From Pelomyxa schiedti (lineage: Eukaryota > Protista > Evosea): a stretch of 64,000 nucleotides of DNA. Location: positions 84,177-148,176 of the forward strand of contig JAHLWZ010000798.1 in NCBI GenBank assembly GCA_020536535.1, read 5' to 3'. Made by a program: the position numbers and the translations under genes. The first letter of the stretch is position 1. Each line of letters begins with the position of its first letter. Under the pieces are notes generated by a model. That model saw nothing but the letters and a program-made list of their open reading frames with translations. It was not told where the DNA came from and did no database searches. Below, piece by piece: positions 38,731-50,441 of this stretch.

Positions 38731-40569
38731 ATGTCTTCATCTACTTTGGAGACCAACAACAGCAGCAACAGTAGTAGTACGAGCGGTGTTGTTGTCGACG
38801 TTCCTTGGTGGTACTTTGATCCTCCTCCTTGGCTGATAGTCATTGTATTCGCTTTTTCGTATTTGCTTATTGCGTCGAGGCGTCTATGGTGCGGATCTCG
38901 GGCTTCCCTTTTATTTCACGCGATAACTAGTTAATAACTGAGATCCTAGGATACTTCCCACCGGTAGACCGGCTGGGGCTCTCATTGGAGCCTCTTTGAT
39001 GATCGGCATTCAAGCAGTGAGGCCCGAAAACGTCGGTGCCGCCATCAACATGCCCACGATGATGGCTCTGCTCGGGTTGATGATCGTGAGCTCCTATTTT
39101 GAGCGAGAGAAATTCTTTGATTTCTTGACTTCACTGTTCCTGAAGAATACCAAGTCACCATACGCAATTTTGCTGAGGGTTTGTCTGGCTTCTGCTGGAT
39201 TGAGTGCTCTGTTTACAAACGGTGTGTGTTTAGTGTAGTAACTGCTTTTAGGAAAGAACACTATATTATATAAATTCATTTAATTAACAACTATTCCCTC
39301 ACGTGGTAACTTTCCAGTTTGAAAGGCAGATACCACATGTGTTATGCTTACCCCCTTGGTCGTTAGTGTGTGTTTGCGGCAACAACTACCACTTCTGCCG
39401 TATCTTTTAGCACTAGCCACCTGTGCCAATGTGGGAAGTAGTGTGACCCCAATTGGCAACCCACAGAATATCATTATCGCTTCTTACTCACAGATTACTT
39501 TCTTGGATTTCTTGAAAGTATGTTTTTCACTCCTAACATAGTGTTAACCTTTGTCTAGTATCTAACAGCAGCCACTGTCAGCTCCCTGATACTAAATGTA
39601 GCCCTTCTGGGCAGTTTTTTGTTTTTCCACAGAAAACTCTACAAGAAAGACACTCATCTCCCTTTGGTTGAAGAAGGCAGTGTGGAGATGTCACCAACCC
39701 AAAAACCTGAGGAACCAAGTGTAAGTCCATCAGCAGCAACACCTGAGCCATTTAGTATGGCTAAAGAAACACCTCCCCTTGAGGGAACTCTGAAACAACC
39801 AAGTGATGATCTTCCTATTACTGTCGAGCCCTCCCCGCCTCAAATACAGCCGGGACCTGGCCCAACACGAAAAGCCATCTACCAATCACGTGCACTCAAG
39901 ATTTTGATAGTATTTATTGTACTTGTGATCATGGCAGGCTTTTTGTCTGGTCTGGATCTTGGATGGACTTGCATAGCCGGGGCGAGTGCCTTGATTATAG
40001 GAGATGCAGTAATATTTCGACGTGATGCATACGAAATACTCCCCAAAGTGGATTGGTTGCTGCTTCTCTTTTTTGCGGGCCTGTTTGTTATTATCCGGGG
40101 TGTTTTCAACAGTGGCTACCCACTTATGCTCTTCAATCTTGCTGCACCATACATGCAACTTGATACCGCCCTCAGCATTGCAATTTATTGCGCTTTTTTG
40201 CTTGCTGCTTCAAATGTGCTAAGTAATGTCCCGACGATATTGCTGTTATCTCCATTCCTGTCCCAGGTTCTTCTACCATTTGTTCTCAACCACTTCCACT
40301 CCTAACTGTACAAAGTTGACTTTGTCCACCCGAGCCTGGATGCTTGCTGCCTTTGTTTCTACTGTAGCAGGAAACTTGACATTGGTCAACAAATTTCACC
40401 TTTTTTTCTCTAATATCTTTGACAGGTCGGCTCTGTTGCCAACATAATTGTTGCAGAGCACAGCGAGCCACATTACCACCTCACTTTCTTCAAGTACCTC
40501 CCATTTGGTTTCCCCTCCACCCTCTTAGTGACTGCTTTGGGGGCAACTCTTGTGACTTTGGTCACTTGA
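38731..40569 (+). CDS. ArsB/NhaD/CitMHS (IT superfamily) permease, Lsi2 silicon-efflux-like; multi-exon
   Basis: LLGLMIVSSY, LSALFTNDTTCV, ALATCANVGSSVTPIGNPQNIII, VDWLLLLFFAGLF, SNVLSNVPTILLL and AWMLAAFVSTVAGNLTLVGSVANIIVAE. Confidence 0.9.
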
Positions 40570-40637
40570 CCAACAAAGAAATTCTTGGATTGTTTGATAC
40601 TGGTTTTTTAAAATTCACACATAGAGCCAAACAGTTG

Positions 40638-42493
40638 CTAGGAAGAACTGTAGTAAGAGCTGGTATCGGACCTTACTGGAGGCCGCCTGCACAGGATAAG
40701 TGTGAGAACATTGGAAAAGAGAAAAGGGCAATTGGAAGAAAAACCTTTGTGGTGCTGTGGTTGTTGTGGAGTGGCGAGGCCAGGCAAAATGCTCTGGAGT
40801 CAAGTTAAATGCAGACTTCAGTTGCGCTTGCATGTAGGCTTCGAATTCGGGGTACTGGCTGATTTGGTCATCATAAAGGCGCTGGGCAAGTTAGGAATGA
40901 ATGCGAAACACCGACAAGGAAGGGAACCTTCTCTAGCACCATCCTTTCGTAGGAGTCCTTCGCAGTTTGTTTAGCCCGGTTCAATTCGTGGCTTGCGACA
41001 GTATATTCGTTTGTTTGGCGACCGACTTCTTCCTGCAGCCTCGCTAATTGCTCCTCTTGCTGTGCCACAGTACTTTCAGCCTCCCTTATTTCGTCTTGAA
41101 TAGTTTTGTTGGCCTTCTCAAGGTCTTCAGTAGCTTTGTTAGTATCCCGCAGTTTTGCTTGAAGCTCTGCATAACGATTTTGGCGGGCCTCTGCTTCCCT
41201 CTTCTCTCTGTTGGAAATGGTGGATAAGTTAAACTGCAGACAAGACATACGAAGCAATATCATTTTGGAGAGTTGTAATCCTCTTTTTCAAAATTTCAAT
41301 AGCTTCCTCTGCTTTCTTTTTTTTGGCAGCTACGACAGTACATTCATTTGTGACACATTGAGTTTCGTGTTTCAGAGTGGCAATTTTTTCCTAAGCGAAT
41401 GAGTGAATAAGACCCAGTTTGGGGAAGGGGGAACCTCTCGCTGTCGCTTTTGTACAAGAAGCTCATCTCTACGAGCTTTTAGGTCTGCAATTTCCCTTCT
41501 CAGCTGATCTTCTTTTTCCCTTCTCAGCTGTTCTTCCTTTTCCTTTCTCTCTCTTTCTTCCTTTTCCTTTCTATCTCTTTCTTCCTTTTCCTTTCTATCT
41601 CTTTCTTCCTTTTCCCTTTTTGCCCGTTTTTCGTTCTCCTCCCTCTGCAACTTTTCTTCCCTTTCCCTTCTCTCTCTTTCTTCTTTGTCCTTCAGCAACC
41701 TTTCTATTTCCTTTCTCTCTTTTTCCTCTTTCTCCCTTTGCCTTTCTTTCTCCGCCTCCCTCTGCAGCCTTTCACTTTCTTCCCTGTCCTTTCTCTCTTT
41801 TTCCGCTTTCGCCCTTTGCCTTGCTTTCTCCTCTGCCTCCTCCCTTAGAAGCCTTTCCTTCTCCATCGCCTGCTTTTCTCTCTCCACCCTATCACGCTCT
41901 TCTTGCGCCTGTCTCTCCAACAATTCCACCCTCTCCCTCTCGCGCTGTTCCTCCAATTTCCTTTGTTCCTCCAATTTCCTTTGTTCTTCCGCCCTGGCGC
42001 TTTCCTGTCTCTCTCTCTCCGCCTTCATGTTCTCCTCTTCCACATTGGCGCTGGTGTTGTTGACGTTGATGATGTTGATGATGTCAGTGCTGGTGCTGGC
42101 GTTGGTGGCACCAGGTTGGTCTCCTCCTCCTACTACTACTACTCCTCCTCCTCCTCCTCCTCCTTCCGCCTCCTCGACGGGGACGAAGGAGCCACTGGTT
42201 CCCATCCGTCCCAGAAGCTCAATGACGGCAGCAATCGCCAGCTCCAGATTCCACTCGTTCAGCTCGAGGATCTGTCAACACCCTCAATTAATAAATGGTG
42301 CCAGATTTCCCGGGCTTGTTACGCGGGGACCCCCACGGCGACGTTAAATTCATCAACAACAACAAAAACAAAAACAAAAAACGGTGCAGGGAAGTAAGTA
42401 CTGCACCTCGACTATTGAATCTTTGTCACCTGTCCAGCTCGTCAGGTATATAACTGTTGCTACCGTGCCTTCCTGCTCCGGTGAGAGGCCCAT
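40638..42493 (-). CDS. Protein with N-terminal UBA/CUE-like helix bundle and long E/K/R-rich coiled coil; multi-exon
   Basis: Spliced start MGLSPEQEGTVATVIYLTSWTGDKDSIVEILELNEWNLELAI. Tandem KEKEERDR-type coding repeats at about 41500-41990. The 3' end is approximate. Confidence 0.7.
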
Positions 42494-42791
42494 CGTCCCT
42501 TCTTTTTTTTGGTTTCCCGAAGTTGAAATTCCAACTTGGAAATTCCCTGCCCTCTCATCGTTCGGGGTTCAAATGGCAGAACTCCGAGTTCGTGAGCGGT
42601 TCTTGGTCTCAAGGGGAATCACAGAGGCGTCGGTCAGATATCTGCGTCGCAGAATGGGAAATGAAAGGCAGAAACAGAAAACCCAAAATAATACAAGTGA
42701 AAGTAACACGCACGTACCTGTGGTAGCGACACCGACACTTTTTTTTTTTTTTCGCCGTTCCTTTCCTCCTTCGTCCACCTAGATCCACGCA

Positions 42792-45763
42792 ATGAACATG
42801 CACGGCTACAACACGCGACACAACCCCATAAACGCCGACAACTCCATTTCCGAGTCTGTCGAAAACGGCGCCACCAACGGGTTCATCGGCACCAACGTCA
42901 ACGCGATGGGCAGCGTTACCAGCCACAACAACCCCCTCAACGGCGTCGTCGGCAACTCCATCAACATAAACAACAACTCCATGGGCGACGTTGGCGTTGG
43001 CGGCGGCGGCGCGAACGGCGGCGGGGCGGCGTGGTCCCAGAAGCGCGAAAGCCGGACGAGCGAGTTCATCCGCCGCGCGTGTGGAAACTTCTGCAAGAGG
43101 TACAGGTCGAAGCAGGTGCTCAATTTGCCGACCGAGACGGCGTCAAAGGTGTACAGGGCTGTGTATACGTACACGGCTGAGTCGCTTGCTAGAGTTGGGC
43201 TCCTGAGGATTGGCGTCGACTCTTTTGATGACTCGCAGAACCAGCAGTTGTTTCAACAGCAGCACTTGCCTCAGTTGCCGCTTCCACAGCACATGATGTC
43301 GGTTTCTTCAAGGCAGCGCGCTACCTACGGCTTGTGTGAGGCTTTCCATGGCTCGAATCAGGGCGTAAACAAAAGCCCTTGGTGCCTGCTTGCAAGTGTG
43401 GATGTCAGTGACTCCGCTTATACTTTTAGAAGAGCTTTTGTTATTAATGAGATTCCTGGTGGTGTTGTTTTTATAGATAGAGCTTTGTCACCAAGTATGA
43501 TGAGGTTTGACTTCTATTTCGTTGTTAACCCAAAATAGTTCTTCCAAGAAAGAGAATACCTATTGGTGCTGCGGGTGACAGTGGAGGCGGAACGAACCTG
43601 TCTGGACAGCAACCGGAGCAACAAGAGCCACAGCCAGGAGCCCATGAACCACAACCAAAGCACTTAAAATCGGTTCCTAGTCCTGCAGCTTCTCATGTAC
43701 CTGTTGGAAGCCAATCTGACCTGATACATAAACTCACTGTGGAAAATGAGTTTTTGAGACAACAAGTGACGTATCTGGTCAGTTTTTATTCAAATAATTT
43801 GCTTTTCTTATCCTTCACAGGCATCTCTGGCAGGGGTTAGTCATCTATTTTCCCCTCCTGCTCCACCCAAAGTCCCCCAACCCTTACCATAGTATGCTCA
43901 CACTGAATATCTTTAAACTAACATAAAAAAGCACTCCCTCAACACCTCCAAATAAAGAGAGTTTACCCATACAAAATCCCCAGTCACAACCTTCACATGA
44001 ACAGCCCACGGACATTCCCAATCGGCCTAAATGCCCGATATGCTTAGAAGAAAAGACTGAAGCAATGGTTTACCCTCACTTTTTCTCCAACGACCAACAA
44101 TTCATAGATGTGGAAGCTTGGTTGTAATCACGATGTGTGTTCCTCCTGCATGAAAGAATTTGCACGTAGAATTCTAAACGGTGCTGATAACAAGTACGCC
44201 TGTTCCTGAGTCATGCCTCTGATTTTAAAGTAATCCACCATACATCAGATGCCCTATATGTCGTGTTTATTTTGATGACACATACTTGCAGCCATTCCTA
44301 ACGGAGTACGAAATGCAACAACTACAATCGTACCGAGATGCAATGATCCAAGTTGCTGGTAGTTCTCACATTTTTCCCCCCACCAAAACCTAAGGGTTTC
44401 TTTGTTGTCATCTTGTGATGTTTTGTGTTGGACTTCACACCACGAAATTGGCTTTATGAAACACTGACGTGTTCGTTTGTCTACAAAAGTTTCCAGGGCG
44501 AGCTGTGGCGATTTTATGGTGGACCCTGCGTTTTCTATTAATATGGCTTGGAAGAGGTGCCCTCAATGCAATTCTAGCGTTCAGAGGGATATGGTAAACC
44601 TCATTTACGGGAATTTAGTTTTTTACATCACTTAGACAAATCACCTGTGCTGTGGTTGCAAAACAGAATTTTGTTTCCTTTGTGGACTAGTACTGTCTCC
44701 ATCTCATGATAATGCATGCGTTCCTGGATGCCAGTGCTGGGTAGTTCATTTTGCTGCCAATGGGCCTTGCCCATTGTTTTGTGATTCATTTGACAAAGGT
44801 GTGCCTCGATCTGCTATACTTTTCTAGACTTATTCTTCTGTAGATGACGCGAAGTGTCAAGCAGCTTCTCCAATCATGTTTTATCAACAAACACCACCTC
44901 CTCAACAAATTCAACCTGTTCCTCAACAACAAGTAATTCCACAGCCACAGCTTATACAACAACAACCCCCACCAGTGGTACAGCCCCCAATAATACCCAT
45001 AGCACCCCAGTATCAAGCAATGCCGCCGCTCCCTGCGTTAATTCCAGGAAGACCCCAAATTCCCCGACCCCCAAGTCCCCAGCCTCTTCAACTACAACCT
45101 CAGCCGCAATTGACCCAGTCAGCACAACAGGTACAGCAGTTGCAGCCTCAGCAATCCCAACTGCAGACTCAGCAACAACCTCCCCCACAAGCGCAACAGT
45201 CACAACCTCAGTTAGCGGAGGTTCAAAATACCACAGCCATTTGCCCCCAAGTCTTCCAGCAACAAGAATTGCTTCGCAACCAACTTGCCGAGCAGCAACA
45301 GCAACTACAACTCTTACAGCAGCAGCTCCTGGAACAACAAAAACAACTGGAGTTACAGTTTGCATCAAGACAACCCCAGCAGCAACCCCCACACCAAGAC
45401 GCCGCAAGCAAGAAGGAAGACCCCGCCAACCCCACGCCCAGCAACCAGGTGAAAGGAGACCAAGCGGCCGGGACCGCACAGTCCCCCGCCATCCCCAACG
45501 CACCGGCATCGCCGACCCCTCTCCTCTCCTCCACCCCCAACGGGTCCGCTCCAGGGACCCCGCAGCAGCTTCCGCCAACGCCGCCGGTGCAACAGGCACC
45601 CCAGCCTCTCCCACTGTCTCCCGCGAACGCCCGCAATGACCCCAACAGCAGCCCGCAAGTTGCCCCCCATGCCGGCCCAATTCCCTCAAATCAACAACCA
45701 TCACAACCCTCACAGCAACAGCAGCAAGGCTCGCACTTCAACAGGCTTGGGTGGTTTGGATAA
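42792..45763 (+). CDS. RING-HC plus IBR/RING2-like domain protein with polyQ/Pro C-terminal tail (incomplete RBR E3-like); multi-exon
   Basis: LGCNHDVCSSCM...IRCPIC (RING), then KRCPQC...NHLCCGCKTEFCFLCG...H...C, spliced in frame to the Gln-rich ORF 44876-45763. Confidence 0.72.
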
Positions 45764-45913
45764 CAGCCAGACAACTACAAACTACCCAAGAGCAGTTGGT
45801 GGTGCTGGCCACTTCAAACTACTTCCCAAAAAGTATTTGTTTATAGTCTTTTATTAATAGAAATCGTTGTTTGTTTTTCAGTCATTTCGGAATTGTGTTT
45901 GTTTGGAAGGGGT

Positions 45914-47545
45914 TTATGATTGTCTTGCTGCTCTGAGCTCTGCAGCATGCTGGAGAGCCAGTTTCTTTTTTGCAGCATAGAGTTGTGCTGGTGTAAGTTT
46001 GGTGTTTGCTTCTATTTTGGCAAGTTCCGCGTCATAACTTGTAGAGGTTACATCACTCTGGTGTTGGGGAAGTGGTTTGGAGGCAACAAGTGTGGCATGT
46101 GTGGGGGGTGGCCTCTAAATAAAAAAAAGGGTCAGACGTGCAATAGATAGAAAGAGGTTTTATTGAGTACAACCTTGTCTGCTTGAAGGTTTCTTTCATA
46201 GATAGCAAATTCCTCTTCTTGTGTCAATTTCACTGGCATTTGTGCACCAGTGGAAGGAGGGGAACCATGGCACAACCGAGGTGGTTCTGAAATGCTGTAA
46301 AGAAAACTAAGTTAAAGGTGAATCGTGTTACGTGGACAAACCACCCAATTCCGCTTGCATCTAACCTATCCACACCATCCAGAAGAGAGCTAAAGTTCGT
46401 AATGCCTCCAAGTGCCTATTTACTACTTAGTGAAAAGAATACATTGCATTTTTTTGGAACTAACTGCATATCCCTCCCCTCCGCCGCCGAGATTGTCAAC
46501 GGGTCTACCGGATTCCATTCTTTCTTGACGCTGCACACATCAGGGTTCAGGAATAAAAAAAGGACAAGTACTGTTTCGAATACTGTGACGTGCTCATCCC
46601 AATGCTGTCCACACGAGCCTTTTTTGTATTGTTGGGAACTTGTTGTTTAGTTCGGATGAAGACTCACATGAGGTGGGTGAATAGAAAGCCATGCAAGTAC
46701 AACCAGTTTTAAGGCACTTTTTCCTACCTGCTGGAGAATGTTCATCGAAAAAATGTTTGCAACTGCACCTTGCTTGATGTGAGTTGTCGTTTGTTCCTTC
46801 TTAAAAGAAACTTACTTGATCCTAAAAGATCCATGGCATGGAATGTATTCATAAAGCTTACATGTGCAACCCTTTACCTTACAGAAAACTTTCTTATCTG
46901 GGGTGTCTACAGAATGCGATCGGTAGGCATGTGTGCAAAAGCCTGTTAATTTCCAACAATTAGCAAATGTATTTTATAGACTGCCCATACCACATCCCTA
47001 AGGTGTAAATACACACACTTGGATGAGGGTCCTTTTGTGATGCAAATGAATCAATAAAACCCTCCAAAGTAGATGCATACCAATCAATCTGCAGTCCATT
47101 CCAGTCGATATGCACCGCCAGGAGACATACAATCTATTTCCTGACTGGGCACGTTCCAGAGCCTTGGCTTTATACTCTTGGTATTGTTCATCAGACATCA
47201 AGACACCTCCATCGTCGTCTCCAACAATGCTTCATGAAATCGTAAAACAATAATAAGAAATGTGAATGTCCTACTTGTGGTATTCAATGTATGCTCTTAA
47301 ACTTTCCTGCATGACAGAAGCTGGGCTAGGATGGCAATCAAAAAAAAAGAGGAAAAAGAGAAAAAAAAGCAGTATCTCTTCCAAAAGAGAGGGAAAAAAT
47401 ACGAGCAACGAGGCGGTGCTTGTGGTTGATCTGGTATCTCCAAATCCAGGTCCCTCCCCTCGTTATCTCCTCGTCCCCATTGTTGAGCCTGTCTGTTCAT
47501 GTTCGTATCCAACTGCTGATGATGATGCCGATCTTGTTGCTGCAT
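45914..47545 (-). CDS. FAM221: FAM221 (DUF4475)-family protein; start tentative
   Basis: RAYIEYHNIVGDDDGGVLMSDEQYQEYK...NRLYVSWRCISTGMDCRLIGPSS matches the FAM221A N-terminal block as recalled. Cys/His-rich exons follow. Confidence 0.82.
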
Positions 47546-47996
47546 CACATCCTCGCGACCAGGCTCACTCCCACACCCATAATTGCAACTGGGGCCGCCC
47601 CCGCCGCCGCCGCTGCTGCACTGCCGGCGCGTCCCGCCACCATCTTCCCCCTCCTCCTCGGTTCTTCTGCTGCTGCGAGCGCTTGCACGCCCCCGTTCGC
47701 TGCCTACGGTGCCCGTCGTCCTGATGCCGCTGCTAGTAGTTGTTGTGGTGCTCCGGGAGGCACTGGCCCTGGCACAGGCACTGCTGCCGTGAGTGGTGGT
47801 AGATGCAGTCGTCGTGTTGCTGACAACAACCCTCGTCGGGGTGGCTTTGGGGGTGGTGCGGCCACGTGCCCCTGGCGTGTGTTGGTTCCTGTGGCTGTCC
47901 GTTCTTGAATACCGCTTCGGGTTTTTGTTGTTTCTTTTTTTGTTGGCTCTAAGAACAAAAAGGAAGGAGGAGAACACAAAAACAAAGGATATTTGT

Positions 47997-49138
47997 TTAG
48001 AAGATCCGAATTGAGGCTCCCATTGTTGTCTTGATGTGAAGAGACTTCACGTTTTGCCAGTTCTTTTTGAGAAGTGAAACGAGGAAATTGACTGCCTTCT
48101 CAATGTTCTCAACCTGGGGATAATCGCGTCAGATATATGTACATACTTCCAAATCCCACCAAAATATTTTTATCATTAACAATTATATAATAAAGATAGA
48201 TAAAGAAAAGCACACCAGCTGCTGTTCAGACAAGTTGACGTTTCCGACTGCAACACCCAAGCAAACAGCCTTCTTGAGTTGGAACTTGACCTGGCAGTGG
48301 AGTTCGTGGACCTTAACGGTCATATCCTCGTTGTGTGTGATCACTGTTGGGAATTTGCCGGCTTTGCTCAGACCGGAACCCAGCAACCTCAGAATTTGTT
48401 TCATGACGCTCTCAGAGGCGAGGAAAGCGTTGTATTTCTGGGCTATTGTCTATCAGAAAAGCGATAGTGTCAACGAGAAACATACCCAATTTCTTGACCA
48501 ATTTTTTGTTCTTGTTGAGGTTCTTTAGGGCCTCAACATCCATAGAATCAAGTCCGAGCTTGGCGGCCTCATCGAGGTGAACCTGGTCTCCGAGAATGCA
48601 TACTCTGAACCTGGGGAAGGTGTTGGAGGTGTAAAACCACAAAATGGGAGGCTGACTTGTTCTTGGTGACATGTGGAAGCTTGACAACACCACTGAAACG
48701 CTTGTCCTTGCTTGGGTCATAGTTTTTGAGTCCAACAAGAAGCTCTACAGACTCGACAAACTCTGAAACAAGGTAAGTGGACCTATACAAGCGAAACACT
48801 ACAGTGCTTACTGCGGCGTACACGGCCGCTCATCATCTTGTGGACACATGTTTGGAGAGTGGCACTCGAGAGCTTGGAACTATAGTGGAGAGTGAGTCCA
48901 GGGGCACATAATTTATTGACAAAAAAATTAAAAAAACAACCAAAAATTAAAAACGGAACGTTGTCGAAAAAAAAAAAAAAACGAGACATCGCGTAGTGAC
49001 CAACAACAACTGGTGATTCGCACGTACCAACAACAGACATGGTGTTGTCCGTTGTTGGTGCGTTGTTCAAGTGTGCGACTAACAACGTCGCCAAACGAAA
49101 GACAAACAAAATAACGGGGTGTGCGCCAAAGACCTCAT
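47997..49138 (-). CDS. RPL10A: 60S ribosomal protein L10a (uL1); multi-exon
   Basis: [104 protein letters not shown]. The first exon is ATG AG, followed by a 254-nt intron. Confidence 0.97.
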
Positions 49139-49732
49139 TTCGAACGCGGCAACAAAGACAGATCTTGGCGATGCGAGACGAACGGGGAAAAAAAAATTAA
49201 ATCGACTTTATTCTACTGCTCAAGCACTAAAATGACGCAAATGAGAATTGTCCGCTGCAATTGCTTAGAACATTAAGCTTTTCTATTCTATTTCCAGACT
49301 CTGAATGAGGCCGTGTTGTGCCTCGATCGACCAATCGCTTCGGGAACTTCCTCTGCATCGGGGTTACGGTCTCGATAGTGGTGAGGGGAAAAAATAATCC
49401 CTTACAGAGACTGAGAAGACTTTTTGTCGTCGGACAAGCAGGGGGTTACGTCTCGGGGCGGCTACGTTGAGGGTGTTGGTTGATGTATGATACGTGATCA
49501 GAGCCAGCTGGACATTGCTCAAATCGGACAAATGGAAGCGCAGCACAAACGGGTCCAGGGATGGAACCCATCCCATCATTCACCCTTGGTCTCACAACTC
49601 GTGTTGCAAAGGTCGCATAAAAGAGATTTGAGGTGTCTGTTTGCTTGTTTCAATTGTATTGTAGGTGGCAGTGGTACTCCAGTTAGGAACGGGAGAATTA
49701 TACAACAACCCAAGTACGGAGTGCGTGACTGG

Positions 49733-50214
49733 TCACGGGTTGAGGTAGAGTATGTGCCTTGTCATCATCAGGTCTGTTTTGCGTAGGCAATAGATGATCT
49801 TAAGTTCTATAGCACAAGGCACAGTGGCCAAGTGCACATAAACTCCAAAAGTATCTGCTGGTTGCTCTGGAACTCCCTCCGATTCCCTCACAGGTTCTAT
49901 CAGTCTCACTGTTTTCTATATCCAAAAAAAAAAAAAAAGCAACAGAGTGAACTGGTTAACGAGAAGCCATCCGCTGGGGGAAACCCCAAACACCAAACCC
50001 ATAACTTGGGCAATGGCAACAAACGCACGTTTATCTTCGCGTCATTGGCGTAGTCAGGGACCATGGCGGCCTTTCCCTTGGCCACCATCGCAGGTGGCTC
50101 ACCAGACTTCGACAACCACACCTCGCAGCCCTCGTCCAAGTGGCTCGTGGTGCCCTCCACGTCGTGCCGGTTGTAGCTCTCAAGGTACCCCTTCACAACT
50201 TCTACCGCGTTCAT
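49733..50214 (-). CDS. SnoaL-like / NTF2-fold small protein; two exons
   Basis: MNAVEVVKGYLESYNRHDVEGTTSHLDEGCEV...GKAAMVPDY fits the SnoaL-like N-terminal pattern. One GT-AG intron leads to a beta-rich second exon ending in TGA at 49733. Confidence 0.75.
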
Positions 50215-50361
50215 TCACACGATGATTCGGGGGTTTCTAGTAACCCTGGAGATTGGAGCCTTCCTTGAGGTGCTGAGGGGAAGCTCGCCAGGAGCGACCA
50301 CAGTTTATCATTGAGTAGTTATCATCAGCACATTGAGGCGGGAGTGGCATCAAACCCCGGA

Positions 50362-50412
50362 CTCAGATCTGAGATGGACCATCTAATACTCCTAGTTTAA
50401 AGGAGTATTAGA
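50362..50412. promoter_or_regulatory. Perfect 12-bp palindrome (CTCAGATCTGAG, 50362-50373) and perfect 12-bp inverted repeat (TCTAATACTCCT-N7-AGGAGTATTAGA, 50382-50412) in a divergent intergenic spacer
   Basis: The repeats are read directly from the sequence; a regulatory role is inferred only from their position. Confidence 0.5.
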
Positions 50413-50441
50413 ACAGAACATATTGTTAATAGCACGACGAC

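Noticed and set aside
42272-42388. Apparent in-frame TAA readthrough (DEFNVAVGVPA*QAREI) in the UBA-like gene
   Set aside because: The segment lies within a GT-AG intron. The real upstream exon (ATG 42493) splices in frame.
50277-50298. Cobalamin-riboswitch-like snippet GGGAAG...GCCAGGAG.GACC upstream of the radical SAM gene
   Set aside because: The 5' half of the B12 element (GGGAA...CCG...CCCCGCAACTGT) is absent, so this is treated as coincidence pending an Rfam scan.
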